Below are positions 28,998 to 37,495 of a stretch of DNA of 43,842 nt, piece after piece. Made by a program: the position numbers and the translations under genes. Source of the DNA: Candidatus Moraniibacteriota bacterium (GTDB lineage Bacteria > Patescibacteriota > Minisyncoccia > Moranbacterales > GWC2-37-73); assembly GCA_003510895.1 (NCBI GenBank), contig DOKE01000011.1, positions 35,821 to 79,662 of the forward strand, written 5' to 3'. Below the pieces are notes generated by a model. It was not told the origin of the DNA. It was given only the letters and a program-made list of their open reading frames with translations, and ran no database searches. Every line of letters starts with the position of its first letter. Within the stretch, counting starts at the first letter, position 1.

Positions 28998-30890
28998 TTA
29001 TTTATCAAAATACTCCTGAAACCATAGTTCGAGTGTTATAAGCGCCCAAATATGATATGCAAAACTTATTTTAGTATTAACATGAGTGTCTAGAATTTTT
29101 TTTACTGCTTCTTTTTTAAATATATTTCTTTTGACAGCTTTTTCGGATAGAAGTGTGTCATAGGCATATTTTTTTAATTTGCCACGAAACCAAATATCAA
29201 TTGGCGCTCCAAATCCCATTTTTGGTCGATACATAACTTCATTAGGAATAATTCCCTCCAGTGCTTTTTTTAGTATATATTTTTTATTATTCCATCCTTT
29301 CAGCTTTAAATTAAAAGGCACTTTAGCTGTAAGTTCAAGCATTTCATGATCTAGAAAAGGAGATCGCCCTTCAAGTGCCACTGACATTGTATCTATATCA
29401 ACTTTGACCATTAAATCATCAGGTAGATAAGTTGCTAAATCTGCATAAACTGCTTGCTCCGTCTTGTTTTTGGAGCCTGATTCAGAGAAATGATTAGCTA
29501 TAATATCGTATGAATCAATACCTTTCATTCTATCATTAAATTCATCAGTGTATAAGTTTTTCTTCATATCGTTATTAAAATAACAGCCATAATTTACAAA
29601 ACGATAATTATATGGTTGAAATAGACTTTCTGAAAAACGCAATGCTCTATTTAAGAAAATATTTTTTGAGATTTTTTCAATGATCCTTATTGCTGGAACA
29701 ACAATGAATTTATGAAGAATGGAAAAATTTTCATACATAAGCGCAAATTTATGAATGCTATATCTTCCGTAGCCTGCAAAGTTTTCATCTCCGCCGTCGC
29801 CGTTAAGAGCGACTGTTACATAATCTCTTGTCAACTTACTGACATAATAAGTTGGTAAAGCGCTAGAATCAGCATAAGGCTCTTCATATTGATATACTAG
29901 CTTAGGCAGCATTTCAATGGCGTCTGGCTTCACTATGAATTCTTTATGATCAGTTTTGAATTTATTGGAAATAATCTTGGCATACTTTAGTTCATTGTAT
30001 TTTTCTTCTTCGAAACCAATAGAAAAAGTTTTAATCGGTTTATCGGATAATTTGCTCATAAGCGCAACAACAGCGCTGGAGTCAATGCCACCAGAAAGAA
30101 AAGCTCCAAGCGGAACATCAGCAATCATTCGCAGCTTAATCGATTCCTCTAATTTTTCAATTATTCTTTTTTTCCATTCATTTTCGGATAAATTCAATTT
30201 CTTGGAATAATCCAATTTCCAATATCTTTCCTTTTCAATTTTTTTTGTTTTTAAATCAATAAAAAGATAGTGGGCTGGTTCGAGTTTTTTGAGATTTTTG
30301 AAGCCGGTAAGGGGGGCGGGACAATATTGTAAGGTTAGATAATGATGAATGGCGACATAGTCAACTTCTTTTTTGTATTCCGGTTGTGTGAGAATCGCTT
30401 TGAGTTCAGAAGCGAACATAAAAACATTTTCGTCCAAATAATATTTGAATGGTTTTTTGCCAACGCGATCACGGGCGCAGAAAATTGTTTTTTCTTGTTC
30501 GTTGTAAATAGCAAAAGCAAACATCCCTCGCAAGTGATCGAGACATTTTTTTCCGAATTTATCATATAGCGCCATTATTATTTCAGTGTCGGAATGGGAT
30601 TTGAATTTGTAGCCCTCCTTTTCCAGAAGCTCTCTTTTTTCTTGAAAATTATATATTTCACCATTAAAAACGATCCAATATTTATTCATATATGCCATTG
30701 GCTGATGTCCAAGAGGGGAAAGATCAATAATTGAAAGGCGCCTATGACCCAAACCAACCTTTTTATCAGGAGAAATATACACTCCTCCATCATCCGGTCC
30801 GCGGTGGATAATTTTTTCGTTCATAGTCAAAATATCCGCTTCGGATAGTATACTGTTATTAAAATGTATTTTTCCTGTTATTCCGCACAT
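28998..30890 (-). CDS. asnB: asparagine synthase (glutamine-hydrolysing) family amidotransferase
   Basis: MCGITG with the N-terminal nucleophile Cys2, and the SGGIDSS PP-loop. At 630 aa the length is typical of AsnB. Confidence 0.9.
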   Translation of the reverse strand: MCGITGKIHFNNSILSEADILTMNEKIIHRGPDDGGVYISPDKKVGLGHRRLSIIDLSPLGHQPMAYMNKYWIVFNGEIYNFQEKRELLEKEGYKFKSHSDTEIIMALYDKFGKKCLDHLRGMFAFAIYNEQEKTIFCARDRVGKKPFKYYLDENVFMFASELKAILTQPEYKKEVDYVAIHHYLTLQYCPAPLTGFKNLKKLEPAHYLFIDLKTKKIEKERYWKLDYSKKLNLSENEWKKRIIEKLEESIKLRMIADVPLGAFLSGGIDSSAVVALMSKLSDKPIKTFSIGFEEEKYNELKYAKIISNKFKTDHKEFIVKPDAIEMLPKLVYQYEEPYADSSALPTYYVSKLTRDYVTVALNGDGGDENFAGYGRYSIHKFALMYENFSILHKFIVVPAIRIIEKISKNIFLNRALRFSESLFQPYNYRFVNYGCYFNNDMKKNLYTDEFNDRMKGIDSYDIIANHFSESGSKNKTEQAVYADLATYLPDDLMVKVDIDTMSVALEGRSPFLDHEMLELTAKVPFNLKLKGWNNKKYILKKALEGIIPNEVMYRPKMGFGAPIDIWFRGKLKKYAYDTLLSEKAVKRNIFKKEAVKKILDTHVNTKISFAYHIWALITLELWFQEYFDK

Positions 30891-31744
30891 TGTTTTTTTA
30901 TTAAAACCATATTAAATGATAATGTTTGTAAATCTTTATTTGGATATTTTTTTATCAAATTTTTTGGTATTGCTTCTTTGAAAATAATATTTTTTTCTAA
31001 ATTTGTAATTTTTAAGTTATGTTTATTTGCTAAGTATTCATAAAAATCCAATCTTTTCCTGTTGACATATTCACCTGTATTTTTAAATAAAGCATTAAAC
31101 CAAAAATCACTGATATTTAGAAACCATAATTTTTTTTGTGAAAATACGTGGTCTCTTAAATCGACTTGATGGTTCATAATTCCTCCTAATTCGAGAACCC
31201 GAGTCATCTCCTGAAAGCAGAGCTCTAAATTATGTACATGTTCTAATACTGCGCAGGAGTATATTAAATCAACTGAATTATTGGCAATACTATATTTTGA
31301 ATTTTGATTTATTTTAACAAACTCAACCATTTGAGGATTATATGTATAAATCTCATTCTTCTTATTGAAAAATTTATTTATTAATAATGTATTATTATCG
31401 AGTAATTTCTTATAGGATTTAATTTGACCCGGGGTAATAAAGGAGTGTTGTCCGTTTTCAATAGCGTAGTATTTTCTTGCTCCATTTTTTAGAGCTAAAA
31501 TCCCAAAACCTATTGATCCTCCGGGACCAAGCTCGAGCAATACTTTGTCTTTTATTGAATTGATTCCCCCGACTTTTTGTAGAAAATCATCAAATTGTTT
31601 TTTTGAGTATTCTAGATGTTTGTCATTGAACTGGTAAGGATTATATATGTATTTTTCAATTATTTCTCTGAATTTAGGAAATAATGAAAATAATATGTTT
31701 TCTATCAAAACCAAAGGAATCTTTAAGAATGTCTTTATAGTCAT
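30878..31744 (-). CDS. class I SAM-dependent methyltransferase
   Basis: LLELGPGGSIGFG motif I and IYSCAVLEHVHNLELCFQEM. I start at ATG 31744 (MTIKTFL...); the ORF-track start at 31828 would overlap the upstream GT gene by 74 nt. Confidence 0.75.
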   Translation of the reverse strand: MTIKTFLKIPLVLIENILFSLFPKFREIIEKYIYNPYQFNDKHLEYSKKQFDDFLQKVGGINSIKDKVLLELGPGGSIGFGILALKNGARKYYAIENGQHSFITPGQIKSYKKLLDNNTLLINKFFNKKNEIYTYNPQMVEFVKINQNSKYSIANNSVDLIYSCAVLEHVHNLELCFQEMTRVLELGGIMNHQVDLRDHVFSQKKLWFLNISDFWFNALFKNTGEYVNRKRLDFYEYLANKHNLKITNLEKNIIFKEAIPKNLIKKYPNKDLQTLSFNMVLIKKQCAE

Positions 31745-31754
31745 GGAGGGTCTT

Positions 31755-32897
31755 TTATTTAAGATAATTAAGATAGGCGCTAATTGTTTTTTCCCAAGAA
31801 AATAATTCTTGCACATCATTTTTAGCATTTGTGGCTAACATTTTAATCTTGTTTCTATCGCAAAGCAATTTTTCTAATTTTCCAGCAATTAATTTTGAAT
31901 CGGAAGAATTTATCAATAGACCATTTTCTTCATTCTTAATAATCTCACTGGCTCCTTCATTTAATGTAGCGATGATAGCACATTCACAATACATAGCTTC
32001 AAGTAAGGAGGTGGATAGACCGCCTCCTGGTTTGGCTGAATGGAGATAGATATCGGTAACCTTCAAGATGCTAATAACTTCTTTTCGAGACATTTTTCCG
32101 AGCATTTTAATAGAAGCTTCATTTTTAGATAATTTTTCCAATTTTAGGTAATCTTCACCATCACCGATAATCAAAAAAATGAGGTTATTTTTAATTATCT
32201 GAGGCAACAGTTGAATTGCCTTAATACTATTTTCTACCCCCTTCCATTCATATAATCGTCCAGCAAAAGAAATAATTGTCTTATTGGAATATTCATTTTT
32301 TATTTTTTGATTGGGCTTGATTTTATCTATTTCTTTTGTTTCTAATCCTCTATAGATAATAGGAGACTCGCGTTTATCAAACTTGTAAACGAATTTTTGC
32401 ACAGCCTTTGAGATGGAAATATTTTTATCGGAATACTTGAAAATAATCCAACCTAGAGTATAGTCATAAAATTTTGCAATGAATGTTTTAAAATTACTGG
32501 AAAGCCTTACAAAATCGCTCCCATGTTCAATATGGATCCATTTTACTCTCTTCTTTATCTTAGCATAAATAAAAGCAAGTAGCGAGGTATTGAAAAATCG
32601 CGTTCTTGAAATTACAATATCGTAATCTTCATTGAAAAGATTAAAAAAAAGTTTCCAAAATTCAGTTTTCCAAAATTTTGGAACAGGATAGTTTGAAATT
32701 ATTTCAAATGCGGGGAATCTTATTATTTTAACCTTATTATATTTAATTTTAATTTCTGGTGATTCTTTCGGTAATCTTGGTGTAAAAACAACAATATCTG
32801 AATCTTTTTGTGATAGATATTTATTGAATTCATCAGCATGCGATTCTAGTCCGCCAATATGAGGCGGATAATAAGGGGAAAAAATTAATATTTTCAT
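31755..32897 (-). CDS. GT4-family glycosyltransferase
   Basis: MKILIFSPYYPPHIGGLESH N-terminus and C-terminal GGGLSTSLLEAMYCECAIIATLNEGASEIIKNEENGLLI. ATG 32897 forms an ATGA overlap with the upstream gene. Confidence 0.8.
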   Translation of the reverse strand: MKILIFSPYYPPHIGGLESHADEFNKYLSQKDSDIVVFTPRLPKESPEIKIKYNKVKIIRFPAFEIISNYPVPKFWKTEFWKLFFNLFNEDYDIVISRTRFFNTSLLAFIYAKIKKRVKWIHIEHGSDFVRLSSNFKTFIAKFYDYTLGWIIFKYSDKNISISKAVQKFVYKFDKRESPIIYRGLETKEIDKIKPNQKIKNEYSNKTIISFAGRLYEWKGVENSIKAIQLLPQIIKNNLIFLIIGDGEDYLKLEKLSKNEASIKMLGKMSRKEVISILKVTDIYLHSAKPGGGLSTSLLEAMYCECAIIATLNEGASEIIKNEENGLLINSSDSKLIAGKLEKLLCDRNKIKMLATNAKNDVQELFSWEKTISAYLNYLK

Positions 32898-35104
32898 AGT
32901 ATTTTCCAAATTACAATATCATTTTTTTTGTCTTCATATATGCGTATAAATTTTTCTGGATATTGGTCAAAAATTAAATCATTTTTATTAATACTGTTTT
33001 CTTTATAATAAGGCCTATTAAGGTATGGATTGAGTTTGTTGGGTTTTGCGTAATAAATATATAAGGCTGGTTCGTAGGCGTCATTATTTGCTTCTAGATT
33101 TAATAAGGAAAGTAATGCATTTGATTGCTGAATATTTTCTTTGAGCATAGTTACAAATAGTTCTTTTTCCGTGTAAGGATTTTTAATAATTAGTTCATTG
33201 GCGTTTTTTTTGATTGATTCAATGTAAGACGAATAGTCTTTTTTTGAAATCGATTTATCTGGGATGTTTTTGTTTATTATTTCTGTTGCTACTAAATTGT
33301 TGAAAAAAAATTCTGTGGGAACTTTTTGTACTTCTGATTTTCCATAGTATTTTAATAAATTTCTATCTAGATCAGTAAAAAATAATCTATTGGTTGGTAA
33401 ATTTTTGTTTATCCATTCAGTTGATTGAATCTTTGCGCTTGTTATTATGTATTTTTTTAAATTATTAATGTACAAAGCTCCACCGACGCTTATGAAAATA
33501 AGAAATATTAATAAAAAATAAACATATTTAAAATCGTTTTTTAAGACATTTAACATTACAAATAAAAATGTTAGTGAAAAAATTCCTGTAAATACCCATG
33601 CTCTCTCAGGAAGCAGCGCAAAATTTAAAAGTCGTGGTAAAATTTCCGAGATAGAAAAAAATATTAAAAAACAAAGAGTAAGGATTATAAATTCCTTCTC
33701 TGTTTTTAATGAATAAAAATGTTTTCGGAGAACTTTATTCTTAATGAAAAGATACACAAAAAACAATATTAAAAAAATCAAAGCTGGACCAATATAATAA
33801 AGATAATATTTAGATACACCTATAAATCCCTCCCATCCCATACTTTGTCCATTCATATTTACGTAATATGCAGGAAAAATAAAATTAAATTTTGCAGAAA
33901 ATGAATATTTCAATACTAATTTAACCCAATAGGAGATGAATATAGCCTGGTTTTTTATAAAAGGAATATTTGAAGTAATGAAAAAAATGACAATCAGCGT
34001 GGTGAGTCTATTTTTTAATATAAATGTAACAATATTTTTTATATTAAAAAATATTGTTACTAAAATCCAGACAGTAAAAGCAATCGCAAGCATCTCATGA
34101 TAAGACGATCCGAGAAGCACTATGATTCCGGATAAATAATAGAAAAATGATTTTTTAAATAACCAGGAATAAATTAAAAAGAAGAAGAAGTAAAAGATTA
34201 ATATTATTGCAATTGCTTGTGGTATTGGAGTTTGCAGATATAAAATTGTTGATGAGCTGATTAATGGTGTTAACAGTATGAGTATTTGTGTGATTTTTTG
34301 TGGATATTTATTGGCCACTAGTGACGCTGGTATTAATATTACAAGGGATAATAATGGAAGTATATATTTAAAAACTGTATACATTCCAATATCAGACCCT
34401 TGGTTTAATATGTATATTAGCGATGAAAAAAGATACCTATCTGAAGATATTTTTGTGACAGACTTTGCTGCAAATTCTTCGGAATATCTTTGCATCCAGT
34501 AAAATGGATCAAGGTCAGACAGCGCATAATAGGTTAAGAAAATGATAGTAGTTAGTGATATATAAAAAAGTAAAATCCAAAAAAAAGTTGAAGAAAAAAG
34601 GGAAGTAATTATTTTTTTGTTAAATCTTTCGATTTTAAAATCCAATTTGTTTTCTACGTCCTTATTTTTAAGATAGTAGGCTAGTGTTGTTATCAAAAAA
34701 ATTATAAAAGAGTTTATGGCTGGTAACTCTGGTGATAATATTTTTATTTCAGAGAACTCAATTGTTATCAGAAGCGGTGGTAGGAGCAGGCTTATTGCGG
34801 AAGATATACTTATAAATTCCCAAAAATTAAAATCTTTATTAAAAAATAATTTAATTAAAATAGTCGAATTTATTCCAAACAGGACTAAAATAGCTATAAA
34901 TTTTATTAAAGAATGTAGAAAATGGAAAGCAAAAAAATAATCCAGTTTTCCTAGAAGTTGAAATAGAATATAAAATATAAAGAATATAATGTTTAACTTT
35001 ATTAGTAATTTTAAATTACTCTTTTTCATTTGTGTATTTTTTGATATTAACAAGTACAATTTTAACATAAAAGTGAACAAAAGCAAGGCGTGGTTGATGG
35101 GCAT
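32894..35104 (-). CDS. large polytopic membrane protein with C-terminal soluble domain; GT-C-like transferase or polymerase candidate
   Basis: 736 aa with about 15 TM helices followed by about 180 aa of hydrophilic sequence. A loop carries the acidic motif SDLDPFYWMQRY. The start is uncertain (ATG 35104 or ATG 35029, MKKSNLK...). Confidence 0.55.
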   Translation of the reverse strand: MPINHALLLFTFMLKLYLLISKNTQMKKSNLKLLIKLNIIFFIFYILFQLLGKLDYFFAFHFLHSLIKFIAILVLFGINSTILIKLFFNKDFNFWEFISISSAISLLLPPLLITIEFSEIKILSPELPAINSFIIFLITTLAYYLKNKDVENKLDFKIERFNKKIITSLFSSTFFWILLFYISLTTIIFLTYYALSDLDPFYWMQRYSEEFAAKSVTKISSDRYLFSSLIYILNQGSDIGMYTVFKYILPLLSLVILIPASLVANKYPQKITQILILLTPLISSSTILYLQTPIPQAIAIILIFYFFFFLIYSWLFKKSFFYYLSGIIVLLGSSYHEMLAIAFTVWILVTIFFNIKNIVTFILKNRLTTLIVIFFITSNIPFIKNQAIFISYWVKLVLKYSFSAKFNFIFPAYYVNMNGQSMGWEGFIGVSKYYLYYIGPALIFLILFFVYLFIKNKVLRKHFYSLKTEKEFIILTLCFLIFFSISEILPRLLNFALLPERAWVFTGIFSLTFLFVMLNVLKNDFKYVYFLLIFLIFISVGGALYINNLKKYIITSAKIQSTEWINKNLPTNRLFFTDLDRNLLKYYGKSEVQKVPTEFFFNNLVATEIINKNIPDKSISKKDYSSYIESIKKNANELIIKNPYTEKELFVTMLKENIQQSNALLSLLNLEANNDAYEPALYIYYAKPNKLNPYLNRPYYKENSINKNDLIFDQYPEKFIRIYEDKKNDIVIWKIL

Positions 35105-35153
35105 AAAATAGTTAATTTATGAGTAATTTGGATTTAAATCTAATTAAGTCTGG

Positions 35154-35180
35154 TTGCATTTTGAATGAAAATAATATAAT
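35154..35180 (+). promoter_or_regulatory. candidate promoter for the carbamoyltransferase operon
   Basis: TTGCAT (35154-35159), 15-nt spacer, TATAAT (35175-35180). The spacer is shorter than optimal. Confidence 0.3.
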
Positions 35181-35284
35181 ATGAATATTGAAAAGCTGGC
35201 AACAATCAATTGCGCACTAGAATTTTTTAAATACCAATAGCTTGGTGGTGTTCTAGGCATTTTTTAATGGTTAGTGGTTAAAAT

Positions 35285-35488
35285 ATGTTAGAAAAAAATG
35301 AAAAAATCAAAATATTAAATATTGGATGGATCTTGGGGTTTTTAATAAGTTATTTTCTATTTACTTCCATTTTGTTTTTTATTTTAAATAAGAATAGGAT
35401 TTTTTTAGATTTAATTTATTTTAAATCTATCTTGATTACAATTAGTTTGCTTTTAACAAGTAAGCTGATAAAACAGCTTTTAAAATAA
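35285..35488 (+). CDS. small 2-TM membrane protein (possible N-terminal half of an SxtJ-like protein)
   Basis: 67-aa ORF with two hydrophobic helices, first in the plus-strand operon, 4 nt upstream of the next small ORF. Confidence 0.45.
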   Translation: MLEKNEKIKILNIGWILGFLISYFLFTSILFFILNKNRIFLDLIYFKSILITISLLLTSKLIKQLLK

Positions 35489-35492
35489 TATT

Positions 35493-35729
35493 ATGAAATA
35501 TTTTATACAAGAATTTAAAGAGGGAATGAGGTATTTCGGAGATAGTATTAGTTTTTTGGTCAATGTTTTTTTATTTTCAATAGTTTATTTGATTGGTATT
35601 GGAATAACTTCGATTTTTATGAAAATTTCTAGAAAACATTTATTGGAAATTAAAAATTCCAAAAAGGATTCTTACTGGAAAGATTTGAATTTAAAAGGCG
35701 ACATAGATAATTATTATAATCAATTCTAG
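35493..35729 (+). CDS. small membrane protein, SxtJ-like C-terminal region (tentative)
   Basis: 78 aa. The TM segment plus LFSIVYLIGIGITSIFMKISRKHLLEIKNSKKDSYWKD resembles, from memory, the conserved C-terminal part of SxtJ-family proteins found beside carbamoyltransferases. Confidence 0.45.
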   Translation: MKYFIQEFKEGMRYFGDSISFLVNVFLFSIVYLIGIGITSIFMKISRKHLLEIKNSKKDSYWKDLNLKGDIDNYYNQF

Positions 35730-35731
35730 GT

Positions 35732-37492
35732 ATGTATATATTAGGAATTAGTTGTTTTTATCATGATTCATCCGCTGTTTTATTAAAGGATGGAATGATT
35801 GTCGCTGGAGCTGAAGAGGAGCGATTTTCTCGCAAAAAACATGACAATGGTTTTCCTGAAAAAGCCATAGACTTTTGTCTTTTGAGCCAAGGCATTCTTA
35901 TTGAAGATATTGATTATGTGGCTTTTTATGAAAAACCTCTGCTTAAGTTTGAAAGAATATTGAGTCAACATATAGAAGTTTTTCCTAGAAGTTTTAAGAC
36001 CTTTATCAGTTCAATGCCTTCTTGGGTAAATGAAAAAGTTAGAGTTCAGGGAATAATTCAAAAAAAATTAAAATTTAAAGGGGATATTTTTTTTATTGAA
36101 CATCATCTTTCCCATGCTTCGAGCGCTTTTCTGCCTAGTCCCTTTGAAAAAGCCGCTATTTTAACGGTTGACGGAGTAGGCGAATGGTCAACAACTACCC
36201 TGGGAAGGGGTATTGGTAGTAAAGTGGAATTAATGAAAGAAATAAGATTTCCTCATTCATTAGGACTTTTATATTCAACAATAACAGCTTATTTGGGTTT
36301 TAGTGTAAACAATTCAGAATATAAAATAATGGGCTTAAGCGCCTATGGAAATATGGACAGGAATTCGAATGAATATTATCGAAAAATTTTAAACGTCGTT
36401 AATATAAAAGAAGATGGAAGCTATGAAATGGATATGTCATATTTTAAATATCATTATGCTGACAAAATGCCTTCTAAAAAACTATGTAATTTATTAGGTG
36501 GCCCTGTTTTTAAAAGAAACAGTGAGGTGACTAAGACGCACAAAGACATAGCAGCTGCAATTCAGATGGTTACGGAAGATATTATGACAAAAATGTTACA
36601 TTATCTTTATTTAATTACTGGTCTTGAAAATGTAGTATTAGCGGGAGGGGTCGCTTTGAACAGTGTTTATAACGGTAAAATTATTTCAAAAACTCCTTTT
36701 AAGAATATTTGGATACAACCCAATGCTTCAGATGGAGGAACGAGTATGGGAGCTGCTTTATTTGCATATAACTCAATCTTGGAAAATGAGAGAGTATATG
36801 TATTAAAAAATGCTTATTTAGGACCTCAATTTTCAGATAAAGAGATAGAAAACTTTTTAAAAGAGAATAAAATAAAATATTCTGAATTTTCTTCTGATTC
36901 TGAGATTGTTAAGAAAGTAGCAAGATTGATTTTTGAAAATAATGTTATCGGGTGGTTTCAAAAGGGAATGGAATGGGGTCCAAGGGCTCTTGGAGCAAGA
37001 AGTGTTTTGTCTAATCCGGCTAATATTAAAATGAAGGAAATACTAAATTTGAAGGTGAAACATCGTGAAAAATTTAGACCATTTGCTCCTGTTGTATGCG
37101 CCGATGATGCTGATAAATATTTTGATTGCGATAAACCTATTCCTGATTCAGCAGACTTTATGCTTATGGTATATCCGATTAAAGAGGAATTTCGTGATAA
37201 AATACCAGCAGTGACTCATGTGGATGGATCAGGAAGACTTCAAACGGTGAAAAGAAATCAAAATCCATTATATTATGATTTAATAAAAGAATTTGGTAGT
37301 ATAAGTAAAATGCCAATACTCATCAATACTTCTTTTAATGTAAGAGGAGAGCCTATTGTTTGTACAATCGAAGATGCTTATCGCTGTATGATGGGAACCG
37401 AAATTGATTATCTTGTTGCTGGAAAATTTATAATTAAAAGAGCAGACAATGCAAGGGATATATGGAATAGTGAATTAACTGCTAATGATTAA
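35732..37492 (+). CDS. NodU/CmcH-family carbamoyltransferase
   Basis: MYILGISCFYHDSSAVLLKDGMIVAGAEEERFSRKKHD, EHHLSHASSAF, and a C-terminal YrdC-like/Kae1-like organisation typical of O-carbamoyltransferases. Confidence 0.9.
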   Translation: MYILGISCFYHDSSAVLLKDGMIVAGAEEERFSRKKHDNGFPEKAIDFCLLSQGILIEDIDYVAFYEKPLLKFERILSQHIEVFPRSFKTFISSMPSWVNEKVRVQGIIQKKLKFKGDIFFIEHHLSHASSAFLPSPFEKAAILTVDGVGEWSTTTLGRGIGSKVELMKEIRFPHSLGLLYSTITAYLGFSVNNSEYKIMGLSAYGNMDRNSNEYYRKILNVVNIKEDGSYEMDMSYFKYHYADKMPSKKLCNLLGGPVFKRNSEVTKTHKDIAAAIQMVTEDIMTKMLHYLYLITGLENVVLAGGVALNSVYNGKIISKTPFKNIWIQPNASDGGTSMGAALFAYNSILENERVYVLKNAYLGPQFSDKEIENFLKENKIKYSEFSSDSEIVKKVARLIFENNVIGWFQKGMEWGPRALGARSVLSNPANIKMKEILNLKVKHREKFRPFAPVVCADDADKYFDCDKPIPDSADFMLMVYPIKEEFRDKIPAVTHVDGSGRLQTVKRNQNPLYYDLIKEFGSISKMPILINTSFNVRGEPIVCTIEDAYRCMMGTEIDYLVAGKFIIKRADNARDIWNSELTAND

Positions 37493-37495
37493 AAT

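Noticed and set aside
32894-35104. Calling the 736-aa membrane protein a PglB/AglB-type N-oligosaccharyltransferase.
   Set aside because: There are STT3-like hints (DLDPFYW...R, SISE). However, the C-terminal domain has no WWDYG motif or obvious DK/MI motif, and the acidic loop follows an extra four-helix N-terminal extension. Only the generic GT-C-like call is justified.
35131-35140. Perfect 10-bp palindromes GATTTAAATC (35131-35140) and GCTTCGAAGC (6294-6303) as operator sites.
   Set aside because: Short palindromes arise by chance in an AT-rich 44-kb window. Neither is repeated elsewhere that I could see, and there is no adjacent regulator gene.
35181-35240. 19-codon mini-ORF (MNIEKLATINCALEFFKYQ) as a leader peptide.
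   Set aside because: Its ATG directly abuts the candidate -10 box, so it would lie upstream of the predicted transcription start. It has no SD and no obvious regulatory codon bias.
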